From: a virus
Lineage: Duplodnaviria; Caudoviricetes
Length of the DNA: 64,000 nucleotides
IMG/VR virus record: IMGVR_UViG_3300037418_002260
Span: 3,987 to 67,986 of that record
Direction: 5' to 3' (one strand)
Below the pieces are notes generated by a model that saw nothing but the letters and a program-made list of their open reading frames with translations, made no database searches and had not been told where the DNA came from. A program made the translations under genes and the position numbers. Shown here one piece after another: positions 1-9,900 of the stretch (position 1 is its first letter; every line of letters begins with the position of its first letter).

Positions 1-1590
1 AATGTTGAAAACGGCGAATTTCTTAGCCGCGCCGCTGTTGCGGAATCCGATGCCGGCATAAGTCCAGTTCTGCGGATAGCCGATATACTTGAATTTGACC
101 TCGAGCGTCCAATCGACGCCTGCCGGAAGCGCCTTGTAAGCGCCTTTCGAGTTGTCGCCCGCAGTGAGCGAATCGACGCCCCAAAAAACGTCCAGTCCGC
201 CGTCGGCGTCGTCGCTCAGGACGACATTGACGCCGCTGTAGGAAACGAATGTCGGGAAATCGGCGGCGAGCGGTGGACTGTAATACCAGGGAGCGCTGCT
301 GCCGACGCCGGCAATCGGACCGAAAACCTCGAGATGGCAGTCGAACGCGCCAGTGGTCAGAGCTCGCACGGACCCTGCGAAATAAAACAGCTCCAGGTAG
401 TCGGTCGTCCCGTTGCAGTAAATCAGCGAGGATCCCGCTGCTGCGAAATCGCTAGTCGCGTCATTCGAGATGGCATGGTCCGGCGCACCGTTTTTCCCGA
501 CAGCAAGGGTGACTGCGCCGGAGGTATTCGTTCGGAGCCGAGCGTTGACTTGGTAGTAGCCCGGCTTCTTTGGAATGAAGCGTTTGGTGGTAGCGTCCCA
601 AAGCGCGTTGTTGTCATAAGCGACCGTGTCCAGCGGCGCCTTCGTCCAGGCTCCGGAAACCGTGTTGGCAGCCGTTGCCAGCGTCGCTCGCCCGCGGTCG
701 ATAGTCGTGCCGGCGCTGCTCGCAGACTGAATACCGTACAGTTCAAAGGTGGTGCCGGCCGCATAGGCCGAGCCGGTGTTGGTAACCACGGTGATGCGGT
801 TAATCGCAGTGGCGGCGTTCCAGCGGCCCGTAAGGTCCTTGACGAGCGGGAACCCTGGCAGACTCACCTGGCCTTGCCACTGCTTGATGAAATGCGTGTC
901 CGCGTAAAGCGGGAACAGCATGTCGACCAGGCCGGCCTGATTAGCCGTCGCGGTCGAACCTGGCAGCGTGCCGAAATGATTGTTCGTCGCGGGATTCGCG
1001 AGGGCCGTCGCCGCGGCGTTGTTGCCTTGCAGCTGCTGTGACGCATAGTTCGCAGCCGTCGCGTCGCCATTGACACGAATGCTCATGTCATCGGTCGCGG
1101 CAGCAACCGCCGAGCGACCGCAGACAATCAGGCGAAGGTGCTTAAAGTCGGCCGGAATGTTCGCAAAATCGGCGATCGTCAGCGTTCCATCAGAAACGAT
1201 CCGAGCAATCAAACTGAGACCGCTGACCGAACTGCCGCTGCTCGACGAGCCAGTTGCGAGGGCAGCCCATCCTGCCGCTGCCGAGTAAGTGTAGAATTTC
1301 GCCGCCGCAGCATTCCAGAGGATCATCCCGTCCCACGGCGCGATGTAAACCCACGCGCCGTTGTCGTAAGCGGCGACCGCGTTCGGATGGGTCGCATGGG
1401 TCGCCTTGAGGATGTAGCAATCGCCTTGGGCCGGCGAACCGGGTTCGGCAGCCACGCTGTCGAGCACGCTGCCCTGCGTCAGCACCGACAACTTAAGCAG
1501 GTTGACGCCCATGTCGACGTCCCACCCATTCTCCCCGAGCGCCCATCCGCCCTTGAGGCCAATCTTTCCAGCTAGTGTGCGGTCAACCAT
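1..1590 (-). CDS. Tail fibre / receptor-binding protein with N-terminal DUF2793-like domain (partial, runs off window start)
   Basis: Not in the ORF track because its stop lies outside the window. ATG at 1590 follows a GGTAGGGA RBS. Hand translation starts MVDRTLAGKIGLKGGWALGENGWDVDMGVNLLKLSVLTQGSVLD...AVAAYDNGAWVYIAPWDG, typical of DUF2793. No stop in the segments checked. Confidence 0.8.
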   Translation of the reverse strand, partial: MVDRTLAGKIGLKGGWALGENGWDVDMGVNLLKLSVLTQGSVLDSVAAEPGSPAQGDCYILKATHATHPNAVAAYDNGAWVYIAPWDGMILWNAAAAKFYTYSAAAGWAALATGSSSSGSSVSGLSLIARIVSDGTLTIADFANIPADFKHLRLIVCGRSAVAAATDDMSIRVNGDATAANYASQQLQGNNAAATALANPATNNHFGTLPGSTATANQAGLVDMLFPLYADTHFIKQWQGQVSLPGFPLVKDLTGRWNAATAINRITVVTNTGSAYAAGTTFELYGIQSASSAGTTIDRGRATLATAANTVSGAWTKAPLDTVAYDNNALWDATTKRFIPKKPGYYQVNARLRTNTSGAVTLAVGKNGAPDHAISNDATSDFAAAGSSLIYCNGTTDYLELFYFAGSVRALTTGAFDCHLEVFGPIAGVGSSAPWYYSPPLAADFPTFVSYSGVNVVLSDDADGGLDVFWGVDSLTAGDNSKGAYKALPAGVDWTLEVKFKYIGYPQNWTYAGIGFRNSGAAKKFAVFNI

Positions 1591-1623
1591 GTCCCTACCT
1601 TTATCAACAAATTAGTGATTCGG

Positions 1624-3927
1624 CTATATGCCGCCCCAATCGAAGCCCCAGGCGTTGCCCCATCCGCCCTTGAGCTGCACGCGGAAGCGGTGATGCTGGT
1701 ACGACGCGAGGCCATCGCGCTCTGACTCGAGTTCGATGAACACGGCGACGGGGTCACCATCGGCAGCTTGCATCGTCGCGTCGTATGTCCACGGTCCAGC
1801 CGCTAGGCCGGTGACGGTGCGCAGAGGTGGATCGCCGACCATGCCATCGACGTCATAGATGCGGATAGTGTAGGTCGTGCCGGGTTCGGGGCCGACGCTT
1901 GCCTCGCTATAGCCGACGAGCTGGTCCTGCTGGAGAACCCTGTCGCGGTGAACCCAATTGAGGACCGGCGCTCCGTGCGTTCCGGTGATTGTCAGAGCCT
2001 CGGCTCCGTCAACCGTCACCTTGGCGGGCGGATAGGGGCGGGCCTGGCGCCCATTGACGGCTAGGGTCATCACCGTCGCCTCGGCGATGGTAAGAACGTC
2101 GCTCGAGGTTCGAGTGAGTACAGCGGCATCGACAGTTTCGCCGCTCACATATTTGCGCTCGTCGCTGACGAGGTCGTCGTCGATGGTCCAGAGTCGCGCG
2201 CCGGCAGCGTGCGAGGCAGGCACCGTGTCGGCGCAACCCCGCTTCACGGTGACCGTATGCGTGGCAGCGTTGTAGGACTCGAATGACATCTGCTCAGCAT
2301 CGCAGAGCAGTGCCTGACCGACATTCGACGAATCGAAGCTGCTTTCACTGCCGACGACGAACGAGGTGTCGAGCGGGCCGATGTTGGCGGTGAGCGTAGC
2401 AGCGCCCGTGAAGGCGCCGCTCGTTGTCTTATAGTCGGCCTCACCGTCAGCCTTCGAGGCGAGGTCGAACTGATACATCGCCGCGTTCGGGGCGAGTGCA
2501 ACGACGCCAATGAGCGAGTCCGTGTCGGTCAGCGCATTCACTACCGAGACATCCTCGCGGAGCAGACAGTCGCGATAGTTCGCCTCGACCAACTGCTCTG
2601 CGACAGCTGGGACCGCTTCGGTCGGAGGCGGAGTCCAGTCGCTATCAACTGCGGTGACGAACGATGTTGACGGCAGACCGAACACATCCTGCACGACCGT
2701 CATGGTGAGCCGTCCATCCTTGAACGACTTGTCGTCGATTTGGCCTGCGCGGACGATGACGTTGCCGATGCCGCGGCGGTCATCCTGGATGCGGAACGGC
2801 ATTCCTGGGCGGAGCGCGAAGCCGCGGCGATCGAGCACGACCTTGTACCGCTTGAGACCGAGCGCCGGCACGCGCAGATCCCGCGCGAGGACACGCGCCA
2901 TCAAATCCTTGGTCGGGATTCCCTTGTAGTCCTTCTTCGCCGTGTTGGGCGCGCCCTGCGCCACGCTCGCGGCGAGATTGTAGACTCGGACGCTGAAATC
3001 CTCATTCGTGATGGGGTCGCGGCCCGTTCCGACGATCTGCGTGAACACCTCGTCGCCAGATGCGGAATCGTCCTCGAGGATGTCGATGAGTCCGGTCTGA
3101 GGTGTGAACAGCGGTAGCGCCGCCGCGACATAATCGGCGCGGTGCATCTGGAGGACGACCTTGCCGCTGCCAGGGTCGGTGTACCACTCGGCGTCGATGT
3201 ACTGGCAGACCATCTCGATGAAATCGTCGACATTCTGCTCGTCACGCTGCCACACGAAACACAGGCCGAAATTCTCCGAGCAGAGGGTATTCGCGGCATA
3301 GACGAAACTGTTTTCGTCCAGGTCGGACCAGGCGTAGCCTCGGCCCCACTCCGGGTTAGTGAAGCACTCGAACAGGATGTGCGCCGGATTCATCGCGCGA
3401 ACGTAACCGTTCGCCATGAAAATCACTGACTTTTCAGGATACCAGCAGACGTTGTTGTACCAGCCCGCCGAGTAGCGTTGCCAACGGAACTCCCAATTCT
3501 TGAGGTAGGGGTTCATCGAGCTCACCAGGCCCGAGAACCAAAGCCTCGTCGTTCCGCGCATTTCGGAAATCTTGCCCGCCGCGCTAGGACTCTGTTGAAC
3601 GATTGCTGCCTTGACGTCCGGCAGAGGCTGCACACCTGGGAGCGGGCCATCGGTGCCGCAATCCGCGGATCCGGCGCCTGGGAGAATCTGGTCTTGGTCG
3701 CCCCAAAAGATGCGGAACGGCCCCTGAATCCCGCCTTCCTTCTTCTCGCCGCCAAAGATGTCCGGCTTGTCGATCGCGTAAACGTCGCCGTCGCACACGA
3801 GGGCGTCCCACACGAGCTTGTCGCCGACCTTGATGGCTCGCAGCGAGTTCATCGGCCCGCGTCCGATGCCGAACAGCAGGTCCATCATGTAATGGAAGCC
3901 GATGGTTTGTCCGCTCTTACCGCCCAT
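1624..3927 (-). CDS. Central tail / host-specificity protein (J-like phage tail protein), 767 aa
   Basis: MGGKSGQTIGFHY start, NPYLK and MNPAHILFECFTNPEWGRG motifs, and position in the tail-tip cluster. Confidence 0.85.
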   Translation of the reverse strand: MGGKSGQTIGFHYMMDLLFGIGRGPMNSLRAIKVGDKLVWDALVCDGDVYAIDKPDIFGGEKKEGGIQGPFRIFWGDQDQILPGAGSADCGTDGPLPGVQPLPDVKAAIVQQSPSAAGKISEMRGTTRLWFSGLVSSMNPYLKNWEFRWQRYSAGWYNNVCWYPEKSVIFMANGYVRAMNPAHILFECFTNPEWGRGYAWSDLDENSFVYAANTLCSENFGLCFVWQRDEQNVDDFIEMVCQYIDAEWYTDPGSGKVVLQMHRADYVAAALPLFTPQTGLIDILEDDSASGDEVFTQIVGTGRDPITNEDFSVRVYNLAASVAQGAPNTAKKDYKGIPTKDLMARVLARDLRVPALGLKRYKVVLDRRGFALRPGMPFRIQDDRRGIGNVIVRAGQIDDKSFKDGRLTMTVVQDVFGLPSTSFVTAVDSDWTPPPTEAVPAVAEQLVEANYRDCLLREDVSVVNALTDTDSLIGVVALAPNAAMYQFDLASKADGEADYKTTSGAFTGAATLTANIGPLDTSFVVGSESSFDSSNVGQALLCDAEQMSFESYNAATHTVTVKRGCADTVPASHAAGARLWTIDDDLVSDERKYVSGETVDAAVLTRTSSDVLTIAEATVMTLAVNGRQARPYPPAKVTVDGAEALTITGTHGAPVLNWVHRDRVLQQDQLVGYSEASVGPEPGTTYTIRIYDVDGMVGDPPLRTVTGLAAGPWTYDATMQAADGDPVAVFIELESERDGLASYQHHRFRVQLKGGWGNAWGFDWGGI

Positions 3928-4135
3928 CGGTCACCTCAGCTCGAGCTGCTTCGACGGCACGCAACGTCATAGGGTCGCCGATTTCCTCGAGCGTGGCCGA
4001 CGAGATGCCGTTCGTCAGGAAATCGTTCCAGTTGAGTCCGTGCCGTGACGCGAATATCCGCGCGCCGCCAGAGCAGAGCTTGGCAGCGCGAATGTGGCGC
4101 ATGAACACCTGAACCTCGAGCGCCATTATTTCCCG
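3917..4135 (-). CDS. Small tail-tip assembly protein (about 72 aa)
   Basis: MALEVQVFMRHIRAAKLCSGGARIFASRHGLNWNDFLTNGI; typical small gene of this tail cassette; overlaps neighbours. Confidence 0.7.
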   Translation of the reverse strand, partial: REIMALEVQVFMRHIRAAKLCSGGARIFASRHGLNWNDFLTNGISSATLEEIGDPMTLRAVEAARAEVTDGR

Positions 4136-4365
4136 CCGCTCGCTTTGATCTTCTTCGTCCGCAGATTGCCGTAAAAAACCATCATGGGGCCGCTGACCCA
4201 CCCGTCGCCGAACAGCACCAGCTGAGGCGTGCCGTCCTCGTAAGTTGGCAAGTTGAAATCATCGAGCGAAGCCGCCTTCTGCTTCTGCGGCTTCATCATC
4301 ATTGCCGTGACCAAGGTCGTCACGATCATGATGATGATGGCAATGGCGATAGCTAGAGGTGGCAT
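4126..4365 (-). CDS. Small tail-tip assembly protein, 79 aa
   Basis: Hydrophobic N-terminus, then DFNLPTYEDGTPQLVLFGDGWV and YGNLRTKKIK. Confidence 0.75.
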   Translation of the reverse strand: MPPLAIAIAIIIMIVTTLVTAMMMKPQKQKAASLDDFNLPTYEDGTPQLVLFGDGWVSGPMMVFYGNLRTKKIKASGGK

Positions 4366-4368
4366 TGC

Positions 4369-5208
4369 TCAGAACACCTGGTTGCCGTTGAACGGGGAGT
4401 CGCCGGGAAGGTATGTGTCCCCTCCGTAGTTAGGGAGATTGTTGAAAACACCGTTGCAGGTCTCGGGAGTGAGGTCGCAGCCGATATAGATGTTCAGCGC
4501 CTGTCCGACCGTCAGCCGGTCTGTGGTTCCTAGCAACCTTAGCGTGTTGCCGCCGACCGATGCGTCGATTGCGCGCATGTCGAGAGCGCCTTCGGCAGTG
4601 GCCGTCCATTCGATCATCCCACCCTCGTAAAGCGCAGCTGCATACGCACCGAGGCTCGCGACCGTGATTGTGTCGCCGGTCAGCGCGGTGATGGTCGTCG
4701 CGACCTTGACGTCATCTTTGCTCTTGCGACAGCCGGCGTCGAACAGAACGTGCGGGCAACCGCGCTCCCAACAAAGGCGCAGACCGACACGCCGCAGCGT
4801 GCGGCCAATAGGCAGACTGGTGAGCTGAGCAGTCGCAGCGGTTTTGCCCTTCACGGTAGCGACGAATCCAATCCAGCGGATGAGCGCACCGGCGTCGGGG
4901 TCGTCCTTGTGGAACGTCCTGACGGTCACCCAAATTTTTGTCGAAGGCGGAGTGCCTTTGAACAGCTGAACAATCTCGAGGCTGCGCGGCAGCGTGATGG
5001 CCAAGTCGTTCTGATTGGCGCCAATGGTGAAGCCATCGTCCTTGATCGGCACTGCGCTCCAGGTAATCGGACTGCTGTCGCCGTCGACTCCCCAAACGAC
5101 ATCGCGGTCGGCACTCGTGTAGCGCCAATAGGTAGGCCCCCACGCAAACTCGTACAGGCTTACGGGGCGTCCGAGCCGCGACGCTATTTCGAACAGTTTG
5201 AAGCTCAT
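4369..5208 (-). CDS. Tail protein, DUF2163 / BR0599 family (gpL-like, Cys-containing)
   Basis: PVSLYEFAWG..WRYTSAD start, CPHVLFDAGC, and C-terminal GCDLTPETCNGVFNNLPNYGG. Confidence 0.85.
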   Translation of the reverse strand: MSFKLFEIASRLGRPVSLYEFAWGPTYWRYTSADRDVVWGVDGDSSPITWSAVPIKDDGFTIGANQNDLAITLPRSLEIVQLFKGTPPSTKIWVTVRTFHKDDPDAGALIRWIGFVATVKGKTAATAQLTSLPIGRTLRRVGLRLCWERGCPHVLFDAGCRKSKDDVKVATTITALTGDTITVASLGAYAAALYEGGMIEWTATAEGALDMRAIDASVGGNTLRLLGTTDRLTVGQALNIYIGCDLTPETCNGVFNNLPNYGGDTYLPGDSPFNGNQVF

Positions 5209-6968
5209 AGCGCGAAGTTTCCTGGACCTTGCGGCCAGAGGCCGATGACATCGTAAATCTGCACGGTTTGGGCGAAGCCGAGTTGCGGAATCACGACCGT
5301 CGCAAAACAGGTGCCGTGATCCCCGCTGAACACGCTGTCGCCGGGGAAAATGTAGTTGGAATAGAGATACTGGATTATGTTGATTCGCAGCGTGTCAGGC
5401 GGACCTGCTGCGAAGGGATCGGCAGCAAATCCAGCTTCGCCGCGAGGAGCGGCGGTGGCTGGCGTGAAGAAATAGGTTCTCCAGCCATAAAGATAGTCAT
5501 ACGGCAGCGTGGCCGGATAGGTTTCAAGGCCTCCATTGTAGTCGGAATAGTTGTCTGCGCTCAGAACGCCGATTTGCTCAACGCCTCCGCGGAGCAGACT
5601 GAAATTCCAGGTCGGCCGCATGACGGGGACATTCGGGCCTTGCGAGGTGTCGAAATCGACGTAGCCCCAATAACCGGCATCGACGCCGATGCAGCCCGCC
5701 TCGTCAGCAGCAGGTCCGCCGCAGTAATCGACTCCCTTCGCTGCCGCAGGAATCGGATAGTCGATGGGATCCGGCGCCGTGCGTTCATCGCGGAACGACC
5801 GGAAGCTCAGACTGGACTCCGCGACTCCGTCGCTATCGGTAATGTGATTGATTTGGACGCTGTCGGTCGCGAGTCGACAGGTGTCCATGAAGGACGCGGT
5901 CGTGCCAGTTGGCAAAGCGACTCCGAGCGCGCTGTCGAGCATCAGGCGCTCCTCGGTGGCCGATGGCGCTGCGCCGAGAGCGGTAATCTCGCGGGCGATG
6001 GAACCGTTGATGAGCAGATACTGCCGACCGTCGATGACGCCGCCTGTGTAACCGTAGCCGATTTTCTTGATGTCGAGCAGCGCGTCGGCTGCAAGGCGGT
6101 CGCGGGACAGCTCAAGGTCATCGTTGAAGCTCGGCAGCCATACGGCGCCCTGCTGCCCGCGGAGCCGATACAGCATTTGCCGGAACGCCCACTGCTCCGG
6201 GCGACCGCTCAGCATCATCAGATGAGTTTGCAGGGTGAACGCTCGCCCGGCGTCGTCCTCGAGCTGCCGCAGACCTACATCGTTGTCGATGGTCTCGGTC
6301 TCGAGGTCGAACGTCACCTTGATGTTCTCGCGACGGTTTGGCTCCTCGAGGATGACCGGGTAGGAGCCAAACACAACGTCCCACGCTCCCTCGTCGCTGA
6401 GGTCGTTCGCCTGGTTCAACTCGAACCTAAGCGCGCCCTGCCCGAGCTTACTGGTGATCGCTTCGGCGGCACTCTGGTCCTCCAGCGTGGCGCGACGCAG
6501 CGGATGGATGCTCGAGCCAGCTGGCCAGGCGCGCGTGACACCGCCAGCAGAAACCGTGATGGAGTCGGCGGCGATCGCTTCGATGGTGACCTTGTCGAAG
6601 GTGAACGCATCGGCGCCGAGCAGCATTGCCAAGCCGCCGACCTGGAACTCGCGATAGGTCGTGTCGAACGGGATGACGGTGGCGCCCGCGTTGATTCCGG
6701 CCGTCAGCAGACCGTGGTCGTGGAACAGCGGCAACATGAACTCCTCCGAGCTCATGCGGTGCAGCCACAGGTCGAGAAACGCGCGCTCCTGGTCGACCGG
6801 ATGGAAGGTCATCTCGAACAGACGGCGCGGCGACAAGCGGAGCGCCCGCACCTGTTCAGTTCCGTAGCTCCCGCGCAGGACGTCGCTCAGCCACTCGAGG
6901 GTCTCGGTGATGCCGTTCTGCCAGTTCGGTCGGATGCTCCAGACGGGGAGCGCGCTGTCGGCAACCAT
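5205..6968 (-). CDS. Distal-tail / baseplate-hub-like virion structural protein, 587 aa
   Basis: Directly after the tape measure gene. WSIRPNWQNGITETLEWLSDVL..GTEQVRALRLSPRR N-terminus, plus a divergent C-terminal extension. Confidence 0.75.
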   Translation of the reverse strand: MVADSALPVWSIRPNWQNGITETLEWLSDVLRGSYGTEQVRALRLSPRRLFEMTFHPVDQERAFLDLWLHRMSSEEFMLPLFHDHGLLTAGINAGATVIPFDTTYREFQVGGLAMLLGADAFTFDKVTIEAIAADSITVSAGGVTRAWPAGSSIHPLRRATLEDQSAAEAITSKLGQGALRFELNQANDLSDEGAWDVVFGSYPVILEEPNRRENIKVTFDLETETIDNDVGLRQLEDDAGRAFTLQTHLMMLSGRPEQWAFRQMLYRLRGQQGAVWLPSFNDDLELSRDRLAADALLDIKKIGYGYTGGVIDGRQYLLINGSIAREITALGAAPSATEERLMLDSALGVALPTGTTASFMDTCRLATDSVQINHITDSDGVAESSLSFRSFRDERTAPDPIDYPIPAAAKGVDYCGGPAADEAGCIGVDAGYWGYVDFDTSQGPNVPVMRPTWNFSLLRGGVEQIGVLSADNYSDYNGGLETYPATLPYDYLYGWRTYFFTPATAAPRGEAGFAADPFAAGPPDTLRINIIQYLYSNYIFPGDSVFSGDHGTCFATVVIPQLGFAQTVQIYDVIGLWPQGPGNFAL

Positions 6969-9900
6969 CAGCCGAGGTCAGTCTTTACGGTGGAGCGATT
7001 GCGGCGGATGTGAGTCAGCACAATTTCCTCGCCCGCCGCGCCGGCCATAGCATTCGCAATCTCGTCGTCACCGATGGCGAGAATCTGTCGAATCCCACGG
7101 TTTCCGCCGCCCGGCGTTTCGCGTCCGCCCATGTTGTTCCGGTGGCGAACGTCGCCCTGGGTCAGCACCTCCTCGCCGCGCTTGAGGATGGCAGGGACCT
7201 CATCCGGCTTGAGGCCAACCAGTCCGCCCGTGTGATAGCGCACCGCGCCAGCGAACACTGCGGGACTTACGGCGCGATGCATCGTCGGCGAACCGGCGAT
7301 ACCGCCACCGTGGAATAGACCCGTGATGAGACCACCGATGCCGCCACCGCCGCCCATGCCGGAGCCGCCGCTGATGGCGTTAAAGATGGCCTGCTCGATA
7401 ATCATTTCCGCGATGTACTGGAGGAACTGAATCGCGAACTGGAGGAACGACTGGCCAAGCGCGCTGAACACGTTCTGCCCCTGGCCGACCTTCTGGAAGA
7501 AGCTGTCGACACCCTGGATAGCGTCCTGCGCGAACTGCTGGTTGATCTGCTTGCCGGTCGCGAGGAATTGGCGACCCATGAGCTGCGTTTCGTGGTTCGC
7601 GTCCTGCAACGCGGCAATGGTCGCCTGAATCCCTTCCGGCGTTAGACCGAGGCGGGCCATCTCGTCGGGGTTGGCGAGGACGGCCTTCCATGCTTCGATT
7701 GCAGTGTCGCGCAGCTGGAGGAGCTGGTCGTTGACTTGCTGGAGCTGCGATTGCGCGGTGCTCGCTTCGGCACCGTTGCCGAGCAACTGCGAATCGTCGA
7801 TGTGCGTTTGCAGGGCCTGCTGGAGCTGCTGCGCGCCATCAATGCGGCGACCAATCTCATCGAGATGCAGCTTGTCAAGGTCGCCGGCAGTGCCTTTGAT
7901 TTCCTCGCGAAGCTGCCGGATGCTCTGGAGCGCGGCGTCCTTCTTCGGCCCACCCGGCGCCGCTTCCCAATAGGCCTCGAGCTTGTCGATCGCCGTGTCG
8001 AGCGCGGGTGACATCGCATTGAGTTGCGCCGTCAGTTCGGCCACGGCCTTGTCGTCGCCGCGGGCGTAAGCAGCCTGAATGTTGTTCAGCAGTGCCTGGC
8101 GGAGAGCCTGTTGCTCTTGCAGGGCGGCGTTGACAGCCTCCTCGGCGTGCTCAAGGTCGAATGTCGCGCCGACTTGGTCGGCAATCTGCTTAGCCTGAGC
8201 GCCCTTGAAACTGCCGTCCGCATTCTTGCTGTCGTCGAACTGGATGTGCTTGTCGACAGCTTCCTGCTTCGCCTGAGTGATAGCCTGGTCGATTGCCTCC
8301 TGACGCTGCGAAGCGAGCAGTTGCTCGGACGACATGCCGAGCTGCTTGCGCATGTAGTCGATGACCAGCTTGCGCTGCGCTGCCTCGACCTCGAGCTTTT
8401 TGTTGAACGAGTCCTGCGCCGTCGCAATCTGCTCGGCATACTGCAACTCGCTGTCCTGGCCGTCATAGCCTTCGGAGATGCTGCCGACACGGCGCACCGA
8501 CTGGACGGCGCTCCGCTTGAAATTCGCCACGCTGACGGCGCCCTGGCCAGTTTTGCCCTGGTTGCCGCCGAGGATCCGCACGGTGCCGTTCGGCCCGTAA
8601 CCAGCGAAGAAGCCGACATGGCCGTTGAGCACGACGATGTCGCCGGGCTGCGCTTCCTCGAGGCTGACCTTCGTGCCGTAGTTCTTGAACGAGGATGCGG
8701 CGAGCGAACCGGTCGTCGGGAGTCCCTTCGACGCCAACATTGCGTTGACGAATGCGGCGCACCACGCGAGCTTGCCAGGGTCGACCGTGCCGCCCTGCGG
8801 AGTCTTGATGCCGTACTGGTTGAACAGTGACTCGAGGACTGCGACGTCCTCGCGGTTGTTCTCTCGCTTGCCGAGGAAACCCTGTGCCGCGCTCAGCAGA
8901 CCCTGCCGACGCTGCATCTGGATTTGGGTAATAACCTGTTCCGCCGCAGCCTGTCGCTTGAGTTCCGCCGCAGCCTTATTGCCCGTTTTCTCGATCTCGT
9001 CGCGATAGGCCTGTTCGCCGGCCACCCGTGCCTTTTGCAGATCGGTGACAGCGCTCGTCAGCTCGCGCTGCTGCGCAATCTGCGTCCGCGCGTCGTTGAT
9101 GGCCTTCTGGTCAACTTGCGTCTGAGCCTTGGTATCACCGTTACCAGCGTTCGCCGCCGCCTTCGCGCGGGCTTCCTGCTCGGGAGTCGCTGCACTGGCC
9201 GCGGGTAGTTGCACCGTGACGGTGCCGTGGCTCTGCTGGAGCTGATATTGCCGGTCGGCCTCGTTGACGCGGTCGATGGCATCGGCGATGTCGTCGATGA
9301 GACCAGCCACGCCTTCGATGCCCTTGCGGAGCGCGTTCGCCCATCCGCTATCGGCGAGGCCCTGCTTGGCGTGCTCCCATGCCGTGTCGATGTGGTCGAT
9401 CGCTCGCGCCCACGGGCCGCGCATCTCCTCGGCAGCATCGTGCTGACTCTTGGCGAACTTGTCGAACGCCAGCTTGCGCGCCGCAGCTGCGTTGCCGCTG
9501 TCGAACATCGCGCGGATGTGCTGCCGCTCGGCCGCAGTGAGGAAATTCGTCGCGTCGTCGAGCTTGGCGACGGCATCGTAACCGCCCGTGAAGGCATCCG
9601 CCACCTGAGTTGCGGCATCCTTGACGTCTGTGCCGAGGACACGGCTCATGTCCTTCGCGGCCTGGCCGAACTGGACGAAATACGCGGGGTTCAGGCCATC
9701 CTTGACGAACGTCTTAGTTATCGTCGTCGCCTCGTCGGCGGTGAGATGATAGTTCTCGAGCGCTTTGACGTTCTCGTTCAGCGCGGCGGCGCTGTAGTTT
9801 GCGCCGTCGGCGGTCGCCTTGAGGATGGCGGAGAGCGAGCGGAGGCGGTCAGCCTGGTCGGCAGCTTGCTTGATTGCGAACGCGACCGTGCCAACGATCG

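Noticed and set aside
5229-7013. 594-aa + strand ORF, and similar long antisense ORFs (9209-10303, 14361-15539, 18011-19231, 20258-21721, 32921-34150, 35011-36312)
   Set aside because: Antisense shadows of well-supported minus-strand genes, expected from high-GC codon bias. They show no motifs or RBS.
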